A stretch of 64,000 nucleotides of DNA from Octopus sinensis (GCF_006345805.1 NC_043004.1:14694001-14758000), one strand, 5' to 3'. Counted from the stretch's first letter, positions 1-13,911 are shown. Notes: generated by a model not told the origin, from the letters alone. A program made the numbers and translations.

Positions 1-585
1 AGGGAGAACCGTTTATTGAGAAACTGCTAAAGGTTGGTTCATTGTCTCAGTAAACAGGATATTTTCTTTTCAGTCTTTAGTGTCTATAAATTTGATCATT
101 CGGCAGCAGGTCTTCACTGATGTCACTAGCCACTTTCAGTTCTGAAAATTATGTCCCTCATCTGGGAGGCATAAGCATAATGTCGCCTTGAAACTTGAGC
201 TGTTACGATATTCCAAAGATCATAGAGGCAGGCAATAAAAGAATCTTTGAACTACCATTGTGATAAAAGATAATTTGCTAGCAAGAAGAATTAAACATGC
301 GTATAAACTGAAGTATAATCTTTAAAACGTACCTATAGAAGAAAACTTGAAAAACATAGATATTAGATCAAAGAAACTTAGGATATGCAGTTACAGTGAA
401 GATTATTTGTTTGCAATCAAGTTCACAGCACGTCTATAGAATTTCAAACGAAGTGCGCGTTGGTGTTTTTGTTTCATGAAATGAAATGGTTGTAGATTGA
501 GAAGAAGAACAAACTTAGAATATGCAATGCCTACAAAATAAAAGAGATACTTCAATAAATTTATTCTTAATATCAGAAAACAGAA

Positions 586-760
586 AAGGCGGTGAACTGG
601 TAGAACCGTTACCGCGCCGAACAAAATGATGAGAAGCATTTCTCCTGACTTTACGTTCTGAGTTCGAATGCCTCTTTGGTCAACTTTGCCCTTCATCTTT
701 TTGTGGTCGATAAAATAAGTATCAGCTGAATACTATGGTCGATATAATGAATTTAAACCT
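586..760 (+). mobile_element. Diverged tRNA-derived SINE (aaggcgg-head family)
   Basis: aaggcggtgaactggtagaa head, gttcgaat B-box-like motif, and body matching the reverse complement of 909-1082 and 51077-51719. Confidence 0.7.
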
Positions 761-908
761 TTCAGAAGCTGCTGGTATTGAGTCAAATTTTCAAACCAAT
801 ATTAGAAGACAGATTTTATCTTCATTTAGTCAGTTTACCCGCATGTCCTTATTTCTTTATTGCCCACAAAGGGCTGTACATAGAGGGGAGAAACAAGGAC
901 AGACAAAC

Positions 909-1082
909 GGATTAAGTCGATTATATCGACTCCAGTGCGTAACTGGTACTTAATTTATCAATCTCGAAAGGATGAAAGGCAAAGTCGACCTCGGCGGAAT
1001 TTGAACTCAGAACGTAACGACAGACGAAATACCGCTAAACATTTCACGCGGCGTGCTAACGTTTCTGCCAGATCGCCGCCTT
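909..1082 (-). mobile_element. tRNA-derived SINE (aaggcgg-head family)
   Basis: Reverse complement reads aaggcggcgatctggcagaaacgttagc...gttctgagttcaaattccgcc (A- and B-box-like). Near-identical to the copies at 51 kb. Confidence 0.85.
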
Positions 1083-3049
1083 CTGCCTAATAACTGGCAT
1101 TTAGCGTGTGTTCACCTACCACTACGTGATCGTGTGAACGGGGCTTCTAGAATTATATTTTAAAATCAAGTTGCATCATTCGCAATGCAAATCTTATAAT
1201 ACCTTAAAATACTGTATACACACAGACATACATACAAGTTCTCTTTATATATATGTTTCTGGTAACCATTATATACATTACGTAAGATTTTCCTAGAAGG
1301 TATTTGTCAATATAGTATGAGCATTTAATGGCATTTACTGAAGGTGCGGTGCAGCTGAGAAGAATCCGGAGAAAGATTATCAACTATATAGTCGTCTATG
1401 TCTTTTGCTATAATTATTTTCTACTATTGAACTCTGGTCGAACAATGATTTTTTCATATGCGATATTCTAACGTTTAAGTTATCAATGTATTTCATTTAT
1501 ATTCTCTTTGGAAATGGCAAATGGTGGAACATATAAAACGCGGTAGATTTTGGTATGAAGAGAAACAAGTTTATGGAAGTAAGGAGTACTTCTTCAAAGT
1601 AAATCACAAAAAGAGAACGAGTATGTGTAGACTCTCTAATAAGTACAATCAGCAACTTAATATCTTAGAAATCGTTCTCCAGTTCTAAAAACTAAGAACA
1701 AGCTAGATAATACTTTCTTTGTATCCAATCATCCATGATGAAACGTAAGACGAGATTTCTGCATCTAGAATGTCTTTCAGTATTGATTCAACTCACCTTG
1801 TAGAAGTGGAAGAAAATACATTCAAGTCGCTAAAAACAATATCTGTTGGACTGAAAATTAATTCGTTTTTATTTATATAATGATGATCCTGGCTAGATGG
1901 AAATGAAGCTTAAATATTTGATGAGTGCGCAAAAATGCAATAAGAAAATTGAAAATGATATTTTAAGGAACGTATCATCAGCATCATAATTTCTTGGAAG
2001 AGAACATGGTTAGAAAAGTATTAAAACACACTTCCACAAAATAAGACAGTCATATAAGTGGAATTCATACACGAACCGTCACATTCATAGTCATCCGATT
2101 CCACTACATAGAAATAAAATATGCTTTACTTTCACGGAGAAGATAAGTCTGAAAGATTGCTTGCATGCCAATGGAAGTCTGAGTATTGACCACCGGAGTC
2201 TTTAATTGCCAAGCTATAAATATATAATCGACATCCTATATTGCTGTATGTTTTCATTGTACTCTTGTACATTAGGCGCCATCCGTGTAGCAATTTCCGT
2301 ATCTTAAAATTCGCTAAACGAGATTATTTGACAAACACCCAAAAGTAAAACACATTTATTAACAGAGGCATGTATGCGAAGAAAAGAAGTAAGTACGAGA
2401 ACAAAGAAAATAGACTCTCCAAAATACAGCACGATATCTATCTGTCTCACTGTCTGCCTATCTATGTGTGTATCTAGGACATCGGTTATATTTATTTCTA
2501 TGACATTTGTTAAACGTATTGAAACTTCTCTCGTTCATGTGTTAGAAGTACGTAAATATGCACACAGATAAGGACTTATATATCGGGGATTATCTTCCAA
2601 AGATATCAATTCCCTGTAGGAGCACATTCCGATGGAAGAGAAATGCGTCCTGTTGTAGAAAATTTATTCGAAATGAATTAAATCACTAGATTTCCTACAA
2701 CGTTGTTCTGTTTCGTAGCAGAAATATTGTATCATATCTCATTAACAGAGAAAGCGCTTTTTTTTTTTCGATTCAAGAACTTTTATAATCGGATCGTGAG
2801 TCACTGTAAAATGGTGGTCTGTCTTATGAAGTGGAAAAAATACGTTAAGAATCTGAATTCAGGTGTTAGATAATCGCTCGTAATGGAAGAACAGCAGGAA
2901 CAATGGGGGAAATAACCTTACGTAACAGAACACGCGTTCATCCAAGTAGAAAAATGAGTATTTAACGCAAGGTGTGTTTTACTATTCTTCATTCCGTTTT
3001 CGTAAATTAATGATTTTGATTATTGATTTCCTTCTCCTCTAATACTTCT

Positions 3050-3470
3050 CCCCTTCTCCCCTCCTCCTCCTTATCCTCATCATTATCGTCATCATCAATA
3101 TTAACCTCCTCCTCCTCCTCATCCTCATCATCATCATGCTCATCACAATCATCACAATCATCATCATAACCATCACAACAACCAACACCAACATAACCAC
3201 ATCACGATCATTATCATCGCCAATAGTTTCATCACCAGCAGCATCACCGTCATCACCACCACCACCACCACCACCACCACCATGATCATGATCATGATCA
3301 TCATCATCAATTATAAATCCTGTCATCATCATCAGCAATCATCGTTTCTTCTCATCATCATCACCATCATCATCATCAATTATAAATCCTCTTATCATCA
3401 TCAATCATCAATCATCAATCATCATCATCATCAATCTTCTCATCATCATCATCATCATCATAAAGGCAGA
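3050..3470. repeat. Compound (CCT)/(CAT)/(CAC)n trinucleotide tract
   Basis: Direct reading; explains the ORFs at 3039-3338 and 3282-3476. Confidence 0.95.
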
Positions 3471-3869
3471 ATTTAATTTAGGTGATTTTAAAAGTGCAAG
3501 TTATTTAGAATATCAATGTGATTGGCTAGTTAGATTATTGTGTCCATTATCAAACTGATAAGAACTACCTACCCTCCCAAGCCTCTTCCTCTGGGAGTCC
3601 GCTAATAGTTCCCGTCTTCTGAGTTGGTGCGGTGACAGGAGAAATCGACCGTTGCGTCTCTTAGAAAGGGGAGCAAAATATAAATAATCATTGAAGTTAA
3701 GGCTTCGTGAATTTTAGCTCATATGAGGCATTTGAAAAATAAAACTCATACGTATACATACTCACTTGTATATAATAAATACTCATGCACACTCATATGC
3801 ATCTGTTTACATGTATATATCTATATATGCACATATATATGCATGTACGCATATATGCATGTACATGTT

Positions 3870-3918
<49 letters not shown>

Positions 3919-3981
3919 GTAAATATATATGTATATATATACGTGTATATATGTATAAATATACACATATTTGTTTATATG

Positions 3982-4057
<76 letters not shown>

Positions 4058-4110
4058 AATATACATACGTGTACTTACATATATAAGTACATATATAGGC
4101 ACATACAAAG

Positions 4111-4149
<39 letters not shown>

Positions 4150-6239
4150 TGCAGAATTGTGGATCGGTGAATAAACAACACTAATCTAAAAAAAAAAATA
4201 ATGATGCTTCTTTTTTTCATTCTACATGAAATATTTGTTACAATTATATATTGAAATATACAAACAGTTCTGTCGTTCAACCCTTAATTGTGTCCCGATG
4301 ATGATATGAAATATCAAAGATTGGGCCGGTAGTATAATTATATTCTGTTGAATAGAAAATTAGGTTTATTTTTATCAACAACAAAACACGTTTATTTCGT
4401 TTACACAGAATATATTATAGAGGACAGGTATAGCTGGTTTGAGTGCGATTGACTGAAATTAGTACCTTTCACAAATATTCCAATGAACCCAAACGTGTTC
4501 CGTTATACGAGCGAAAACTCCATCGCGGCTGAAATAGAACGACAGCGTTTGCATGGAAAAATCTCGCTCCCAATATTTCGCTGTAATAGTAAAGTGGTGT
4601 AAGTATCAATACTAAGCGAATAATGAAACTGTGTTGGAGAATTTAGGATTCATTTTACGTCAACGAAACAAAATACAGCTGCTTTTGTTATGAGAACTTT
4701 TATTTACAGTTTCAAGTATATGGGGCGGAAATGAATCCAGCAAATAGGCAAGCTTCGGGTATGCTACCAAATCCAACAGAGAATGATTTCACCTACAGTT
4801 TTATACTTAATTCAGGCGTAAGTCATGGGTGTTCACTCTGACTTTCGTATTGGCAATGAAGGCAATGGTGGGCTTCAATTTATTTTTGTGAAAATTTCAC
4901 ATTTATAGATTTCATTCGATATGTACCTAAGGCAATTTTTCCAGCGCAGTTTTTGTAATTATTTACTTCATTGCCTGCATACAAATGAAAGGCGTTTCGG
5001 GATTGCGTACAGGTTCAGGACATTATCTAAATTAATCTCATACATCAAAAGGATTTTGTGATTTTAGCAAACAGCGTCAATTATACCAAGAATTCAGGGC
5101 TTTTAGCTGGTAAAGTCGTCAACATCGGGGTGAATATATACATAGATTTAGGATAGCATTTAGTTTCGGTTTTAATTAGAGCGTACTTTGTTGTTAGAAT
5201 CAATAAGGAAAGCATAAGTAACACAGATATTATAATATAATCGCATCTCACAAATTCAAAATAGGACAGCGTAAACGTTACTTTAATGGAACATCCATAA
5301 TGTATATCAAGATATTTGTCAACAGTTAAGTCACCGATCTACAATTCAATCATATACATACATATATATATTTATTTATGTGTGTATATATATACATATA
5401 TACATACATATATATACATACATACAAACATATATACATATATATCTATCTATATATATACACGCATACATATATACATATATACATGTCCATATGTAAT
5501 ACTTTCACAATTACAAAAAAATCTATTCAACAACTGAAATTAAAATTGTAAACGAAAAAATTCACATTACAAAGGAAATGAAACATAAATATTAAAACAC
5601 ACGCACATACACACACTGTAGACAAAGCTGATAAGAGAAAGAGAAAAAGAAAATAACAAAATTAAAATACAAATATAAACAGTTTAAATAAAAGTAGAGA
5701 GAGAAATTAGAAAATTAAATATATAGTCAAGTTGACAGAATATTAGGTAAAATAAAATTAAAATATAAGAATATACGAAAATTAAAATAAAACAGTCCAA
5801 CAAATATAAAAATTATACAAACAATGAGAACATAAAAAAATAATGAAAAAATACACAATTATAAAATATAATTATAGGGACATAAATTGTAACTAATGAA
5901 AATTTGAATGTTATAGTACGTTTTAATTGAGGTTCAGTAAAAAACGTTAGCGGTGACTGGTGATGGCGGGCTGTCTGGTGATAGTGGTGAGTGTTGTGAT
6001 TTCAGATAAGTGAATGTTAATGTGTTCATTTGGTCTTGGATGCGTTTGTGGTAATCATGGCCAACGGTGAAAAAATGTGAGGAAACAAGTGATTGTGTTT
6101 TATAAGTGGTGTTTTATTAGCATAATATACATTTCCTTTCCATAAGATAATTTAAAAGCAAATTACTGTTAGCGACAAATGATTTTCTACATATATTTTT
6201 ACGTCAATGATTACTGTGTTGCTGCTAACGATACTGCTG

Positions 6240-6333
<94 letters not shown>

Positions 6334-6372
6334 GTTTTTCTTACTGTTTGCACAATCACTACGATTACTTCT

Positions 6373-6410
<38 letters not shown>

Positions 6411-6431
6411 TTACATAGAAACATATACATA

Positions 6432-6469
<38 letters not shown>

Positions 6470-7138
6470 ATGTATGTATTTATATAGGTATGTATGTAAA
6501 AATCCTAATTTTATTGATGTTTCTAAAACTGTAAGCTATGCAACGCTCAGAACTTCTCTATCAAGTATTGTTACATATTTGCATCGCTATAAGCTTCAGC
6601 GGTTATATATGAAGAACGCTAACAGGAACTTTGAGTCATCATTAAATTTAAATATACAGCCACAACACCCTACCCCTATATGACAAAAGATCTGAGCCAT
6701 AGTATTAACACTATGAAACAGAATTATAAGTTTTAGAAGATTGATGTAGATATTTAATTCTATTGAGGTAATTCGTACCAAAGAAACAGTTGCATCACCT
6801 GCTCTCACATTTTTTCGGACTATCAAAATATCAACAGGCATCCAATCTGATTAACGTCCATATCAATCCTCTCTGTTTGCTTGGTCCAGGTAAGGTTGCT
6901 GCACATACTCCATTGATGAAAAATATCTATATATATTTTCACATATATGTCATATATGTCTTATTTACTTGGTACATGGAAGCCTGAGCAGCCGCAATCA
7001 ACTGAAATGTTCTGCACCAACATGAAGTTCTCGTTACAAATGTTTCACGATAACAGTGCAGTTGCGCATACATGCTAGTATCCCGCCTCCACGACACAGA
7101 CGGTGTACAAGAAGAAGCTGAGAACGACAAGATAGTAT

Positions 7139-7194
<56 letters not shown>

Positions 7195-7235
7195 TGTTGG
7201 TGATGTCCTGCACTTAATGTGTATTTTATATCTGT

Positions 7236-7278
<43 letters not shown>

Positions 7279-7354
7279 TGTTGGTGATGTCCTGCACTTA
7301 ATGTGTATTTTATATCTGTATACATACATATATATATATATATATTATATATAT

Positions 7355-7650
7355 ACATGGTCTGTTGGTCTGTTGAATAAGTATATGGACTGTTACCAGA
7401 GTAACGAAGTCAAAGCAGGCGAAGCGACGCCACTTTGCACAGATTGACCTTGAACTCTGTCGTGCATGCGCACTAAGTTTTAATATCCCTACTCACTTCT
7501 ACTTTTCACAGTAGTGCTCGGAAGGAAGGTGTGTAGCATGTGGTCGTCGCATTGAACATGACAGAGAAATTTGAGCTGAGAATCTGCATCAAAATCGGCT
7601 AAAAGCTTGGCGATACCTGCTCAGAGGCCTACGCAATGTTTTCAAAACGT
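7355..7650 (+). mobile_element. 5' fragment of a mariner-like DNA transposon
   Basis: From about 7557 it translates MTEKFELRICIKIG*KLGDTCSEAYAMF, resembling the N-terminal HTH of mariner transposases. Truncated. Confidence 0.65.
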
Positions 7651-7757
7651 TTTCATCATTCTCGACTATTCTGTGCTAGTCGCCTTCTCACAGTGTTATT
7701 TAGCCTCATTAATTCGTACACGCACACAAACACACAGATGCTCGCGCGCACGCACAC

Positions 7758-7798
<41 letters not shown>

Positions 7799-8828
7799 AA
7801 AATCAATAAAGATTCAAGTTAATTTAAATGAATTTACTTGAATATGGTACCTAACTTAGATGCACCAAAAAAACTATACTGTTTTAACAATACAGTAATG
7901 TGGGGTGATTATAAGCGAGAAAGAAGCAACAAGAATGGATAGGTTTTTAGTACAATCGTTTCATACAAGGACAGGCTTTATTAAAAGTTGCAAAAATTAC
8001 AGCATATAAACGTGTCCCGTACTCATCAGCTAAAATACATGTGAGTTCTCTAGACATCCTAGTGGTTGAGGCTATACTCATGAAGTAATGTAGATAATTA
8101 AGTAACATAAACAGATTTCCAAAGTTCATTAAAGTTCTTTAAAGAAATGCACACGTAGTTTCTAACAGCTATTTCTTGAACATCCCATCTACTGGGTCAT
8201 CGTCTTGAGCCAGGAAAAATGTATGCTAGCAGTTCAAATTTTGGACAAATAGTATTTGTCCAACATTTGTCCAACATTTGAACCGACAGCATTACTTTTC
8301 AATCAAACTGTTCTCATTGTTTAGATTCTATTAATAGACATTACTGATTATCTTCATTTGTTCATAGATTTACCTAATGGTTACTTATTTTAATTGGATT
8401 TCTAATTGGATTTCTCCTCCCGTTCAATCCAAAATGAACCCCAAATATCATCACTGATGAGGAACATTATTGCACTGTTAGATATGTCTAACCTCCGATG
8501 ACGGAAAACTCGACTCGACACGATGATCCAATAACTGGTATATAAGTGAAATAGCTGTACACCGTTTTGTTATATTACTAAATTAAATAAAATTTCCTTG
8601 TCAAGTATTGCTAAACTGTTAACCTTTTCGTGTCTGTTATATAACGCCTCATCAATTCCAGTTGTAGGACATTGGCACCTCAGTTCGCGAATGGGATTAC
8701 ATCTGCATGTATATATATGCTTGTATATACATACATATAATATGTATTACATACATGTGTAATATGGTAAAATGTGCATATGCATATGTGTGTATGTGCG
8801 GTGCGTGTGCGAGTTTGTAAATATATAT

Positions 8829-8883
<55 letters not shown>

Positions 8884-9499
8884 TATATATATATATGTAA
8901 AAATATATATATTTATGTAGATATATATTTATATACATGCCTATATATGTATATATATATATGTATATATATATATGTATATATGTATATATATACATAT
9001 ATACATATATATATACATATATATATATGTATATATATGTATATATATATATATATTATACACACGTATATATATATATATATTACACATATATATGTGT
9101 ATATGTATTTATAAATATACTATAACTGCTGTATATACAAACATATACATACATGCAAATATAATCCCAATGACGAAGTGAGGTACCAATTTCCTACTAT
9201 TGTGATTACTAAGGGTTTGTTTTAAACAGAGAGATGCATTCATTAGTGATGCCTTTTTCGATCATCCACCATTTTAAATGCACAAATTACCTTTCAAACA
9301 AAATAGTTTATATTATAAAAAAGGGTAGTGGATTTGGACTCGAAACATCTGTAATGATAGGTTTTCTTCATTACTGACTAGTGTGGCCAGGCACTGGCTC
9401 TTCTGATGGTTTCTCATCTTAACTGATTGTAAGTGTCTTTATGTACATTATTTTGTCGTGTTATAAAAGAGGGTCTACAGCAAATATTCTGCCCAACAC

Positions 9500-9925
9500 C
9501 ACATATTTGCTTATCAGTTGTTTGACCATAACCAGTTGAACATGTCCCTTATTGGCTGACGATATTGGACATCTCTGATCACGAGCAGAAGCAGTGGCGG
9601 AGCAACATAAGTTAAGAAGAATTCTTTGGGGTTTGAATAATTAATCTTTGGAAACATATGGGTTTCGTTCAACAACCTTAAACAACCCTTATTCAAGGAT
9701 CTTTTGAGCGGGATGGGCTAATTGACTTGAAGAAAATTCTAACTAGGCTCCACATGCCATGTCATGAGCTGCTTATCTTGACATAAGATCACCATGTCGG
9801 GCACATATTCTTGTGATCCATGTGCCTGGTGTACTCTTGCCAGACGGGTAGTTATGATAGGTATACTGGGATTCGTATATCTGTACCCCAGTGTCACTTT
9901 GATGGCATGCACTGCTTCCACACAC
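9500..9925 (+). mobile_element. Interspersed repeat, probably a retrotransposon 3' end running into (AAT)n
   Basis: Higher-complexity block ending abruptly in an (AAT)n tract. Family not determined. Confidence 0.35.
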
Positions 9926-9984
<59 letters not shown>

Positions 9985-10570
9985 TGATAATAATAATAAT
10001 AATATCAAAAAATTATACAGAAACGTGTTTTGTCAGGTTGATGAAATATACATTGAAATATTAAACGCGTATCCAGTTGACTAACAAAGTATTCTTTATC
10101 TCCTTCCCTCTTTGCATTACTCATTTACTATGTAGTGAAGTAAAATATCAACTATTCCGACTTAATCTGATCTTAACAACTAATGTGTGACAGTAGGCTT
10201 CTCTGGTGATATGATATACATTACAATCAATTGCCATCAGTTTAGCTACCTCGTGCTTGTTATTAACTATGTAAACGCTGCACTATAAAACATTTATTCC
10301 ACAAATCTGTTGCATCGTGAGATGTACAAGTCTGACAAATAATTCAGATAGACAGCAGTGGTTAGGTCTGCTAAAATAGTCAATAACAACTGCGTAGTTA
10401 CTCGATAAGGTAATAGCAGTTTTTATACTTACTGGGTATGATTTGTGTATATGTGTGAGATATCAAATTCTTTCAATCACAACTTTTACAACAAGTCAAT
10501 TATGCTATGAACTATTTCAAAAGAAATTATAGAATGCCGAAATCCGTGTGACGTTATAACTAACTATTAT

Positions 10571-10845
10571 TCCATCGGTTACGACGTGAAAGGTTCCTGT
10601 TGATCCGATCACCGGAAATTATTTGCCTGTGCAATTAACGTGCGAGTGACGAGTACTCCACAGACGTACGTGCCCTTAATGTAGTTCCCACTGAATGTGA
10701 AAAGGCTGGCCCTTTTAAATACAGGTACAACCCTCAATGGACTGCAACACCGTTGAAATGATGTGTCTTGCTCAAGGACATACGCATCGACGGGGATCGT
10801 ACGATCGTGAGCTGAAAACCCTAGCACCTTCACGATATGAGCAAT
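10571..10845 (-). mobile_element. tRNA-derived SINE (head B + tail X)
   Basis: Reverse complement shares the tail gttgtacctgtattt..aagggcc...cgtcgtaaccga with 10891-11285, and the ccttgagcaagacac motif with 63766-64000. Confidence 0.75.
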
Positions 10846-10890
10846 GTAGAAATATAGAACACATTGTTTATTATAGGTGCATGGTAGCAA

Positions 10891-11285
10891 TGGAGGTGCA
10901 ATGGCCCAGTGGTTAGGGCAGCGGACTCGCGGTCGTAGGATCGCGGTTTCGATTCCCAGACCGGGCGTTGTGAGTGTTTATTGAGCGAAAACACCTAAAA
11001 GCTCCACGAGGCTCCGGCAGGGATGGTGGTGATCCCTGTTGTACTCTTTCACCACAACTTCCTCTCACTCTTACTTCCTGTTTCTGTTGTACCTGTATTT
11101 CAAAGGGCCGGCCTTGTCACGCTCTGTGTCACGCTGAATATCCCCGAGAACTACGTTAAGGGTACACGTGTCTGTGGAGTGCTCAGCCACTTACACGTTA
11201 ATTTCATGAGCAGGCTGTTCCGTTGATTCGCATCAACCGGAACCCTCGTCGTCGTAACCGACGGAGTGCTTCCAAAAAAAAAAAA
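10891..11285 (+). mobile_element. Full-length tRNA-derived SINE (head A + tail X) with poly(A)
   Basis: tggcccagtggttagg A-box, gtttcgattccc B-box-like motif, terminal A run. Same head recurs at 52588. Confidence 0.9.
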
Positions 11286-11421
11286 TTGTAGCAATTATAT
11301 GGTGCTATGAAGCCGTCTTCGTGTCTGTAATAGAAAAGTTATAAAAACAGGCACAAATATATATATATTTGCAACTGATAGGATAAGGAAAAGATTAATT
11401 TTTTTAAAGTTATACAACTAT

Positions 11422-11593
11422 AGGAGTGGCTGTGCGGTAAGTAGCTTGCCTACCAACCACATGGTCCCAGGTTCAGTCACATTGTGTGACACCCTGGGCA
11501 AGTGTATTTTATTATAGCCTCGGGTCGACCAAAGCCTTGTGAGTGGATTTGGTACATAGAAACTGCAAGAAGCCCGTCGTATATGTATATATA

Positions 11594-11674
<81 letters not shown>

Positions 11675-11810
11675 TTGTGTGTTCATGTCCCCGTAACTTA
11701 GCAGTTCGGCAAAACACACCGATAGAATAAGTGCTAGGCTTACAAAGAATAAGTTCTGGAGTCGATTTGCTCGACTATAAAGGCGGTGCTCCAGCATGGA
11801 AACAAGTAAA
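11422..11810 (+). mobile_element. SINE-like element with an internal (TA)n(TG)n microsatellite
   Basis: aggagtggctgtg.ggtaagtagcttgc head and gataagaataagt.ctaggcttacaaagaataag tail. Second near-full copy at 61247-61755. Confidence 0.85.
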
Positions 11811-11844
11811 AAGAAAAGAAAGTAAAAGAAAGAAAATAAATGTG

Positions 11845-13585
11845 TTACGATAATGAACATAACATTAAATCTAAACAATGGCTTATTCTATCCTTACCAT
11901 AAGCTTAATAAAACTTATCCACGCCTTATCAAATCATCCCCCTCAGTGTCATTAAAGGGATAACCAAAGGTCTGTCGATAAGAATATCTAACATATCCGC
12001 AATCAAAAAGATCTTCGTTTATTTTGCACCATTTAATACAGCATTAAAATACAGTGGATTCAATAGGAAAAATATCATGTTTAGAACACAATATTTAAAA
12101 ATAAATTAGACAATCGTTTTCCAAATATTGCGAATTTAAACATCGACACACCTTCCATAAACAACCCGGCCGATTATAGGAACCAACAACATATTAGAAG
12201 ATACTATAATTTGTTTAATTATAATAACAATAACTATACTGGGCAGAACAGGAACAACTCGGGGAGGAGACGAGAAATTATATAGTTCACACCTCCCTTT
12301 TCCCTTCAGGTCAGAAACGTCCCTAAATTATTTTTTAGGCTTATCGATAGGAACTTCCCACTAGGTCATAAATATAATTTCATATTTAGTAGAGCCTACC
12401 TTAAATTATCGTACTCAACCATTACTAATCTAGGGTTTATAATCGCGGCCAACAATAGACTTAAAATTAGAAAAGGCAGCATCAATAGAGATGATAATAT
12501 AGTTTACCTTAATATGAAGAATAGTAATTATGAGAACCCTGATATTAAAGATAAAAAAGCTAAACCTGGAAATAAGACATGAAATTGTCGTAATGGCGTG
12601 TCGTATATAAAGTTAAGGTTTCTACCCTTAATGAGCCTAAAATGATATAGCAAGTACGACTGATTTTAAGATTAGATACTGGGCACGCACAAATTCATTT
12701 ATCAAACACGAAGCAAAAACTTCAACCACACAAGCTACACACATCAATAAATTAAAAATGCGCAATAAAGAATTCAGTCTAGATTGGTTTAAAACACACC
12801 ATATACACACACACACACACTAAATAAGTGCACTTTATGAGCGAAGGAGGCGATCCACGTACTCCGTGCCGACAGAAAAAACTTATTTAATAATATATCT
12901 GATAACATAATTACATGAAGACATAAATATCTTTCAACTTTCAAATTCTTCCCTCAAAGTAATTAGCCTATAGAATTTTAATCTAGTCACCACTCATATT
13001 TGGATTACCCCACATTCCTACTCTCTGTTTTCACTTTAATACCTTTCTCACTCTATCACCCTCATCTCCACATTCCTACTTTCAAATTATCTTGACTGAC
13101 CACTAACTGGTACACTTTCCCTTATTATCTCTCTCCTTGTTTCTCTTTCTCTCGTTTCTTTCTTTTCTTTATTCCTCTCTTCCTGTTTTCGATTTGACCT
13201 TATAAATACATTCCCTGCTTTTAGGTCACTTTAAATAAAACCCTAGATTCAATAGCACAGTGTACAACCTTTTTACTTGGAATGACCAATTTTAGATACT
13301 ATTGGATTTTACTCATAAGGTATTCGAATCTTATATGCATACCATTCTGCCTAAATAATGGATCTACAAATGCAATATCGCTGCATATCTCACATCTATT
13401 TTTATTCCTCCACTTCATTCTCTATTTCATATCTTATCTAAATTAACTATTGCTCAACCATTTTCTCACACCGTCTCCGATTAAGGGATATAATAAACAT
13501 CCTGGAAACAGTTGTAAGACCTTCTATATAGAAATGTTCTAAAATCTTCACATCCTTGGTTTTTTTTATCTCATTCTGAAAAAAT
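11845..13585 (+). mobile_element. Decayed Penelope-like retroelement (RT C-terminus + GIY-YIG endonuclease + 3' UTR)
   Basis: Broken frames read H-P-x-S-V-I-K-G-I-T-K-G-L-S-I-R-I-S, NTALKYSGF, RRREII*FTPPFSLQVRN..IDRNFPLGHKY, DFKIRY and KCTL*AKEAI. These match the Penelope RT-thumb/linker/GIY-YIG order. Many stops and frameshifts. Confidence 0.8.
13473..13520 (+). ncRNA. Degenerate minimal hammerhead ribozyme in the Penelope 3' UTR
   Basis: GUCU-CCGAUUA(core variant)-AGGGAU..AUCCU-GGAAA-CAGUUG-UA-AGAC. Stem I GUCU/AGAC, near-palindromic stem III, two core substitutions. Confidence 0.6.
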
Positions 13586-13620
<35 letters not shown>

Positions 13621-13858
13621 ATGTATATATATATATATAATTCTCTCTTCTTTTATGGGTTTCAGCCAGAGACTGAGTTCATGCTGTTACATCAACTTCA
13701 CTGCATCCGGGGATGTTTCCAGTATTGTTTCTGGTGAAGTAGATGTGTGCTCAGCCGGTATTGCATATAAAAACTGTCTTCACCTTTTTTGAAGATTTCC
13801 ATTTCTAAACCTTGCAGATACCTAATGTTCGGTGGTTGGGCATTAAAAATAATATACT

Positions 13859-13911
<53 letters not shown>

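Noticed and set aside
8440-8565. CUGAUGA / CCGAUGA upstream of GAAAUAGCUGUA
   Set aside because: I could not build a consistent stem I or stem II with either core.
10891-10970. tRNA-like A/B boxes (also 52588, 63766, 909-1082)
   Set aside because: No complete cloverleaf, and each continues into a repeated SINE body; these are SINE heads, not tRNA genes.
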